DNA from: Entomortierella parvispora E1425
Taxonomy: Eukaryota > Fungi > Mortierellomycota
Length of the DNA stretch: 64,000 nt
Reading direction: 5' to 3'
Assembly: GCA_020891255.1 (NCBI GenBank)
Contig: BQFW01000006.1
Location: 806,001 to 870,000 of the forward strand
Positions within the stretch are counted from its first letter, which is position 1; each line of letters opens with the position of its first letter. The translations under genes were made by a program, and so were the position numbers. The notes below the pieces were generated by a model. The model was given only the letters and a program-made list of their open reading frames with translations. It was not told where the DNA came from and searched no databases. Positions 58,911 through 64,000 of the stretch are shown here, piece after piece.

Positions 58911-59820
58911 TTAAGCGGAGGAGGCGAAGAACTCCTTGGATCCAGCGACATCAGGCTTGATGGTGGACTGACCCTTCTGCCAGCCAATGGGGCAGACCTC
59001 ACCATGCTAAGTAAAGGGGGGTAGAGAGGAAGATAGAGGAAGATAGAAAAACACCAGTTCAGTCCACTTTGTTCAATTGACAGTCTGTCTGCGCAATTTT
59101 TCTCATTTGACCAGGCACAAAATTTCAAAAAAAAAGGAACGTACCTCATCGGTGAACTGGAAAGCCTCAACGAGACGGACGACCTCATCGACGTTGCGTC
59201 CAACGGGGAGATCGTTGATGGTGATCTGACGAACGACCTGCTTGGGGTCGATGATGAAAAGACCACGGTAGGCGACACCCTCATCCTCCTTGAGGACACC
59301 ATAGTCGGTGGCGATCTTCTTGGTGAAGTCAGCGATGATGGGGATCTTCATCTCACCGAGACCACCCTGGTTGCGGGGGGTGTTGACCCAGGCCAAGTGG
59401 GAGAACTCGGAGTCGCAGGAGCAGGCCAAGACAGCGGTCTTCAAGCCAGAGAAACGCTCGATGGCCTCAGAGAAGGCAATGATCTCAGTGGGGCAGACGA
59501 AGCTGTGGTAGTGTTCAAGCAGAGAAAGTTGATTGATCAGACGACAGTTACAGACACAAACAGGGTAGGGTGGCACAGACCAAGAGTATGAAAGAGCATG
59601 AGGTAAAAGAGGTGCTGCGCAAGCGGTGAAGATCGATCTGATAACAAAGAAACTAAAGAGTGAAGTGTGAGGGTGCAAAGACTTACGTGAAGTCGAGGGG
59701 GTAGAAGAAGAGGACGACGTATTGGCCCTTGTACTGCTCGAGGGTGACCTCCTTGAACTCGCCATCGACGACAGCGGTGGCCTTGAAGGCGGGGGCAATC
59801 TTTCCAACGGAAGCAACCAT
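58911..59820 (-). CDS. TSA1: Typical 2-Cys peroxiredoxin; 3 exons
   Basis: FFYPLDFT|FVCPTEI, GGLG motif, resolving HGEVCPIGW, terminal KEFF. Confidence 0.97.
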
Positions 59821-60104
59821 GGTGAATATATGTGTGGGTAAGTGAAAGTGAGGGGAAGTGGATGGGAGAAAGAGAAGAAGGAAAAGAAGAAACAAAAAGA
59901 AGAGCGCAGAAAAAGGTGAGAAAACGGCTGAAAGTGGTGGCGCACCCCTGCAACCAGACCAGACAGTTCTGGCTCCCTGTGCATTTCTCGCCCGCCACAA
60001 CAAATGACGTAGAGACACACAGGGGAGGGACCCATCGCGGGGGAGACTTTTTGTTCCCAGCGACAGCGAACGGGGAGAAGCGGAGAGGAGCTCGATCCAA
60101 CGGT

Positions 60105-60139
60105 CGATTGGTTGCCAATCGTACGTGCAGCCGCACGTG
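60105..60139. promoter_or_regulatory. Inverted CCAAT pair and CACGTG in the TSA1-IMP3 divergent promoter
   Basis: CGATTGG-TTG-CCAATCG at 60105-60121; CACGTG at 60134-60139. Confidence 0.45.
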
Positions 60140-60289
60140 TACGTGGGCTATTCAGCTCATCCTGGTTGGGCGAAGTTGTAAACAACAGCTAAGCCACAGC
60201 AATACTCGCCTTTTCCTTTTCTTTTTTTTGGCATGAGGTGATGCATCTACAGGCTCAGCCCATCCTCTCTCTCATCCCTCTATACCATC

Positions 60290-61197
60290 ATGCGTCAATT
60301 AGCGCATCACGAGCAAAAGCTCCTCAAAAAAGTCGACTTCCTGCAATGGAAGTCGACCGAGAATGTGCGTGAAGTCAAGATCATCCGTCGCTATCATCTT
60401 CAGAAGCGTGAGGACTACATCAAGTATGTGCGACAGACAGCTTTGCTCTTTTTCGGGGAACTTTCGCCATTACATCTTCAGAACCAAAGAAATGCTTGCT
60501 GCCCAGCGAGTGGACAAACATCTAACTCTCTTCACCTTCTTTGATAGATACAACAAGCTTTGCGGAAACATCAAGTCCCTCGCCAACAAAATCTCGCTTC
60601 TCCCACCTCAGGACCCCTTTCGCTCAAAACAGGAGGAGGCTTTGCTGGAGAAGCTCTATAACATGGGCATCATCACAGCACAGAGACAATTTTCACAAGT
60701 GGACAAGATCACAGTGTCATCATTCTGTCGTCGTCGTTTGCCTATTGTGATGTGCCGTCTCAAGATGGCCGAGACTGTCAAGGAAGCCGTGACATTTGTG
60801 GAGCAAGGACGTACGTTTTTTTTTATTGTCATTTTGACTTCTTTGGAATACATGCAAGGAGCACCTATATCTATTATTGGGGATTATAGAATGCTGACAG
60901 TTTCTTACTCGTTGGGTCTATTACATTAGACATTCGCGTTGGTCCGGAGACGGTCAGCGACCCTGCTTACCTGGTGACACGCAACATGGAAGATTTCGTC
61001 ACTTGGGTCGATACCTCCAAGATCAAGAGAAAGATCATGAAATACAACGACAAGGTATGTTTCTCTGGAACAGGAACATGGATTACGCTAACTAGTAGTT
61101 ATGACCCACGTGGTACTCAAGTGGTTCAGGTTACTAACGAATTCCCCCCCTTTCTTTACACCTCATTGTGTAGTTGGACGACTTTGATCTTTTGTAA
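60290..61197 (+). CDS. IMP3: U3 small nucleolar RNP protein IMP3; 4 exons
   Basis: [60 protein letters not shown], last exon LDDFDLL-stop. Confidence 0.97.
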
Positions 61198-61564
61198 ACA
61201 TTCTTCTCTTCAACACAGTGTACAATATCCTTGCTCTCTGAGGGCATCAATAAACCCATTAGCATCATCTACATCACAATGAGGGTCCTTGAAATTAATC
61301 CAGGGCGAGATCATGGATACCCAGTTGTCCAGGAATAGAGACAAGATCGAATAGACCATTGTTCTATAGAGAAAACAATGGTGCGCACTTCATACAAAGT
61401 TCAGTACAAATAATAGCGGTTCGTGATGAGGCAGTCTTATTGACTGATTGATTTGGAGTGTGAGAGTTGTATGAGAAGCATGGCCCAAAGAGAGAATAGA
61501 GGGCCAAGCATGAGAAAATGGAAGGGTTGTGCATCGCAGTTGAGTCTGGATTCTGAAAATAACC

Positions 61565-61882
61565 ATGAAACTCAAGCAAACTCTGCGGACGCTACCTTCT
61601 TTCGAGACAAATCCTGCGTTCTATCGTCATCTTGTCAAAATCGGCTCTGCACGTAAAGTTGGCATCGCGTTCTGCTTAGCTCTTTTATCGATGACCTTGT
61701 GTCTTACTCAATTTTTCAGTGAGGAGTCAAATCCTGGCCTTCCAAACCAGCGTCAGGCATCCAGCCAAAAAGAGAGCCGTGCGCCAGGTTTTTGTCTCGA
61801 GGCATCACCAACATTAACAGAAACTAAACCGTGTCAGCTTAAAATAACAAAAAGAGTCTTGACGCCGAACAATCCCAGCTAA
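61565..61882 (+). other. Possible truncated type II membrane protein ORF (105 aa)
   Basis: Basic N-terminus, one hydrophobic helix (VGIAFCLALLSMTLCLTQFF), polar stem, then stop. No catalytic domain follows. Confidence 0.3.
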
Positions 61883-62260
61883 TTAACGCGTAAGCTCTCA
61901 ACGAAGCACGACCATTGCTTGGAAAAAATAATAGAGGATTCAAATTCTCACCAGAGGCAATGTTCTTTTTGGTTGTGGCAAGAATTTGTCAAAGGAAGGG
62001 GGTTCTTCAGGAACATGAACATCTACGATCCGAAACGATGGTATGCCATCAGAGCGTGAGCGATTAGTCCAGGTATATAAAGGAGATAGGTTCACTGGGG
62101 GACTTGTCAGTTCGCGCTCTCTTTTAACGACATCCCCTTCACTCACAACCCCACATGCACTATACCCTTGAAAGGGAAGCTTCCACTCTTTTGTTTCCTC
62201 TTCTCTCTTAACGAACCCCCAAACTCACGACAACCCATCATAACATCCATTACTCCTATC

Positions 62261-64000
62261 ATGAAGATCTTTTTCGCTCTTGTAGCGCTGGCGTCGGTCG
62301 CCTCTGTAGACAGTAAGAAATCAAGCAGATAACACGCCCAGCGTACTTCCATTCACCCGATGCCAATTCCCAACCTCCCAGTGGCTGATGTCGGAATTTT
62401 TTGCTCTTTTTCTTTTTCCGTTGAAGTCAAATTCAACGTTGTCGGATACCCATCATCAAGCAGCGGCTCTTTCGGCGTAAAGATTGCGGAGACTGTTCAC
62501 AAGTTGTCAACCAGCGAAAGTACTTTTCCTGTTTGGTCTGGCTCCGTTCCTGGTACCAAAAGCCAGGTTCAATACTCATATGTGGAGTTGTCCTCCTCCG
62601 GAACCGCAGTCAAGAGTGAGTCTTTCACCAGTCAAGAGTGAGTCTTTCACTCGCGGCTTGGTTGATCCCACTAAAGATACTGAAATCTTGAATGAATTCT
62701 TCGAACGTCCCCAAGCTGTCTGGGACCTTCCCAAGATTCCTTACACTTACTTGGCCACGTACCCCTCAAAGACCAAGGCGTTTAAGCACAAACAGATCGC
62801 CACAATCCACATCACAGCCCCTCAAGCATCCATTGACGAGATGAACCAGAACCCTTACAACAGTCGCGATTACAGAGTTGATTTCCGCTTCATCAAATCA
62901 AAGACGATCCACTGTGTGCGCAATATCACCATGAAGACTTCGGGCAAGTCCTTATCTGATGGTTGACGACATTGCCAAGTCGTTCTTTAAACAGACCGTG
63001 CACGGCGCAGATGGCAAGATCGAGCGGGGCTCTCTTGTGCAGATGAACGCTTGGAGCGGAGACAGAGCCGATCTTGAATACAAGGGCTCCACCTCATCCA
63101 GCTGTAATCAGGTGGTCTCTTATGTCAACAAGAACTTGGGCTCCAGCCCCGAATCCGACCCACTCATGGAATTGATCGGGTTCATGAAGGACTCCAATCC
63201 TTTGATCCTTACTCGACCCCCAGCCCTGTCCAATACTTCAACTCAAGTCGTATGGAACTCGACGGATTTTTGCGTAACATGGCATTGGAATACTTGGGAG
63301 GTGCTTTCGACAACTACTGGATCCCGGCCTCCAATTATTTCATGTACAAGAACCCAACCTTGGGACCTAACGGCGGAAAATGGTAATGGTTACCTACTAA
63401 TTTCGATGGCACCTTCGGAAACGGCGCCCCTACCTCCAAGTTGCCAGCCTACAAAAACAATTATGACTTCACCACCGGGGGTGACCCCCCCTGCCGTTCA
63501 CAGATTGATCATCAAGAACAAGGAGATCAATGTGCTCTTCGAGCAGATCCTGAAGGAGATTGTTAGCACTGCCTTCAAGACCGAAGCCCTCAAGCCCAGA
63601 ATCGAGATATACAACAAGATGCTTTCTCTGGATGCCGCCTGGGACATTGGTATTACGCGCAAGAGCCCGGGAACTAATAACGGGTTCACATTCAAGGACT
63701 TTAACGACAACTTGTACGACAACTTGTACACTCGTACCAAGGATATGACAACTGGATTGCTTCCTTGGATTGAGCAGATGTCAAACATTGTGACCGCAGA
63801 CTTGAACTTCCGGATCCCCGCCGGGTTGGAGGACAGAGATCCCCCACCACCTAGAGGAAAGGGTTCCCTCGACAATGACGACAGTGATGACGATGACAGT
63901 GAACTCTCAGAGGACAACGAGAAGGGCGGTTCTAAGGTCGAGACCAACGGAGCTGGCTCCACCAAGGGCATGCTCAGTCAAGGGATTTTGGTGGTAGCAA
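62261..64000 (+). pseudogene. cotH: CotH-family (spore-coat protein, kinase-like) gene, disrupted; runs off the window end
   Basis: Signal peptide MKIFFALVALASVA, KTSGKS, FLRNMALEYLGGAFDNYW, W*WLPTNFDGTFG and a GPI-like tail. Lesions: 22-nt duplication 62608-62651, in-frame TAA 63384-63386 and further frameshifts. Confidence 0.88.

Noticed and set aside
1-64000. Intact transposon, retroelement, rRNA or secondary-metabolite cluster
   Set aside because: No transposase, reverse transcriptase, LTR/TIR pair, rRNA signature or NRPS/PKS motif was seen by eye. Weak remnants could have been missed.

Overview
Gene-dense, intron-containing eukaryotic DNA. The GT-AG introns, CotH, velvet and the lineage-typical LRR-like proteins point to an early-diverging fungus, most likely Mortierellaceae (inferred, not searched). 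Housekeeping genes: amino-acid permease, Rab escort protein, cytochrome c1, mitochondrial uL4, VPS68, sphingolipid delta-4 desaturase, 2-Cys peroxiredoxin, IMP3, tRNA-Ile(AAT) and tRNA-Trp(CCA). Accessory content: (i) three tandem signal-peptide or BiP-derived Hsp70-like genes with eroded ATPase motifs, two damaged by deletions at GGATC repeats; (ii) two tandem large paralogues with a shared N-terminal module, a COR-like domain and LRR-like repeats but no Roc GTPase; (iii) a KDM3-type JmjC protein that has lost both iron-binding histidines; (iv) a six-exon SAM-like plus Rieske protein; (v) a Gemin8-like gene; (vi) a velvet factor with a very large insertion; (vii) a structured minisatellite; (viii) several decayed genes (CotH, ZZ-finger, defensin-like). 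Exon boundaries were assembled by hand from the sequence. Family assignments rest on remembered motifs, not database searches. No CRISPR array, rRNA or intact transposon was seen.
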